64,000 nt of DNA from assembly GCA_002269645.1 (NCBI GenBank), contig NIVC01001046.1, forward strand, positions 310,001-374,000. The letters are read 5' to 3'. The translations under genes were made by a program, and so were the position numbers. Below are positions 62,101 to 64,000 of this stretch, in pieces. The stretch is from Macrostomum lignano. Its lineage: Eukaryota. The notes beneath the pieces are model-generated. The model was given only the letters and a program-made list of their open reading frames with translations, was not told the origin of the DNA and did not search any database. The first letter of the stretch is position 1; each line of letters opens with the position of its first letter.

Positions 62101-63935
62101 TCCACCAGCTTTTGGATCTGCGCACGCATTTCTTTCTACGCCGATCCAAATAGAATGTGGTGCGTGTATACACTCTCCTGCAGTTGTGTTTGTGACAAGC
62201 GGAATGCTTAACGACCGGCTTGGCACAAGCTTTCTTGCAGATTCTCTCAAACAGGCGCGTGTGCGGAGAAGTGATACCTACAGAATGTATGAGTTGAAGC
62301 ATCTTAACATTGAAACAAGTGTCATAAACTTAATTCAAATACAGAAAATTTGCATCAAAAAGAAATGGTTAACCTACTTGCGCGCGAATTCCAAGTTCCA
62401 TGTAATGCATTTTGATTGGTTTTGAAGCCAGCCACTTGACGTATAGACCGGATTTGGGAATCGACGGAAGCCAACAACGAAAACGCTGGCTTTGCGCTTA
62501 ATCTTGTCGGCCAGTGCGACTGTCTTGTGCTGCTTGCTATGTTTGCCGCAGGTAATGATTACTACAATCTTTTCTACACCCGGTCGGGACTTAGCGTGTA
62601 GACGCCTATTGACTTCCTTAAGAGCCCGCACAAATCGGTTCTTGTGTGGTAAATGCCTTGATAGGTAGTTTTCAAATGCTTCAATTGTGAACGTGTACAT
62701 TCCAGTTGTAGGAACCATAGTAATTGAACACTTGCAGAGGTGTGCAAAAAGTAGGTGGAAACGGTCTTTAGGAAGCTGACTATTCGTTTCTTGTAGCCAC
62801 GCCTGTCTTTTCCGTACAGGTCAAACTCAAGAAAAGATCGACAGCTTTGTGGGCACAAGCGCACTTTCGGAATTCAGAGCGACACGGCGCACACAACGGC
62901 AGCCAATCTTTACCCAGTAGTGCACGATGTACCGTTGTTTTCCTCCTTTGCACCTTCCCTGGATAGCCCTGAGCACGCGCGCGTGTGCAGTTCACACGCT
63001 GAAAGAGTCCTTTGTTTTTGAGTAACAGCGACCATTTCTTAGCGTGTGAGTAATCCGTCTGATTCGTATCGCACCGCGAATACAAACTCGGGTCGTTGTT
63101 GCCTTGTTGCAACAGCATTTGCTCTTCTTCACTTGCTTCTTCATAATGCACTTACACTTGCGAACGCTGTATTGCTTGATTATTACTGTGCGATTACAGC
63201 GCTTGCAATTTCGTTGTATGGTCGATTTAGGACATGACACACGCTTTCTAGAGACAGTTCTATAGCTGACGCAACGACATCCAACCAAACGCCAACAGTT
63301 TCGAATGGCCGCAACTTGATTGCCATTTTCGCACCTGTATGACAAAGTGCACCGACGACAATCAGAGTAGCACAGCACTCGTTTGGTTTGCCGTATGCAT
63401 TTGCATCCAGATCGGACAAAGCGCTTGTATACCTTATAGTATTTTGGTTTTCCTGCTGTACTGTGTGACAGCCGCCAAGTTGTGTCGCATCGAACCGCCT
63501 GTGATTGACGCTTAACGTCCCGCACACAGCGACCACGACTTAATCGGTAAGAATAATGGAATGTAACTATATGTCCCGGTGGCAGATCTTCTTTTTGTGT
63601 GGCTTCAAACAGCGGCAGACAACCGAACGAGTTTGAACTCTTTTATGACAGCGACATGCCTTTTGATACCAGGAGACGGTCGTCTCAACCAAATAAAATC
63701 CGTACTTTGTTGGTTTACTGCAGCAACTACGAGTCATTTTTTTCGTTTGCAAAGGATCGGTTTATCCACGCGACGTGTCTGCTTGAGGCATCTACCATTC
63801 GATAGTCTCCACACGGTGATGTAGCGCTCCTTACGACAACGGCCACGAGAACACTTGCAAAGAACTCTTTGCACTGGCTTCTTGCATTCTGTAATGTTAA
63901 TGTTAGAAAAAACGATGTTCATTCGCACACCTTGC
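59200..63935 (-). CDS. 3' part of a very large Cys/Lys/Arg-rich modular (probably secreted) protein: Cys-module arrays, vWA-like, PAN/Apple and 3 ShKT; frameshifted in this sequence
   Basis: Exons 63935-62378, 62277-61564, 61483-60561, 60485-59397 and 59306-59200 (GT-AG; the first join is phase-ambiguous). ShKT-like C..C..C..C-x3-C-x2-C at ~60565-60690, ~59965-60050 and ~59205-59303. PAN-like CMSSCQKNSKCRAFDYDHSTRKCLL...DCILFERIC. vWA-like AVDLF...RPGVEKIVVIITCG...VFVVGF. At least six single-base frame switches. The gene continues beyond the right edge. Confidence 0.75.
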
Positions 63936-64000
63936 CTGAGCGGAAGAAAAATGAAAATAAAATTTTAAACGGGACTCACTGTATCTCAAGAACACAGTTT

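Overview
Eukaryotic (animal) genomic DNA with GC-rich exons, AT-rich spacers and a different minisatellite in most introns. This style suggests a free-living flatworm such as Macrostomum, but that is inference only. Host genes from left to right: (1) the 3' part of an adhesion/secretin-class 7TM GPCR (-); (2) single-exon TMEM216/TMEM80-like (-); (3) CDK20/CCRK (+, 3 exons); (4) a CYP26-like cytochrome P450 (-, 6 exons); (5) a TTLL10-like tubulin ligase-family gene (+, 6 exons); (6) LRRCC1 (-, 8 visible exons, two apparent GC-AG introns), with an intronless FMRFamide-receptor-like GPCR nested antisense in one intron; (7) HSBP1 (-, 2 exons); (8) the 3' part of a very large Cys/Lys/Arg-rich modular protein (vWA-like, PAN, three ShKT and many copies of an unassigned Cys module) that runs off the right edge. 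Mobile DNA: a complete, very young BEL/Pao LTR retrotransposon (257-bp LTRs that look identical, ATTGG TSD) 150 bp upstream of CDK20; a decayed Crypton-type tyrosine-recombinase element; a set of small inverted-repeat elements sharing the motif CCATAGAC with the Crypton flanks; and several tRNA-derived SINEs, one with a CORE-like domain. The most interesting items are the Crypton/CCATAGAC network, the giant basic Cys-rich protein and the concentration of ciliary/centriolar genes. All homology calls are from recalled family motifs. No searches were run, and splice sites, alignments and counts were done by eye.
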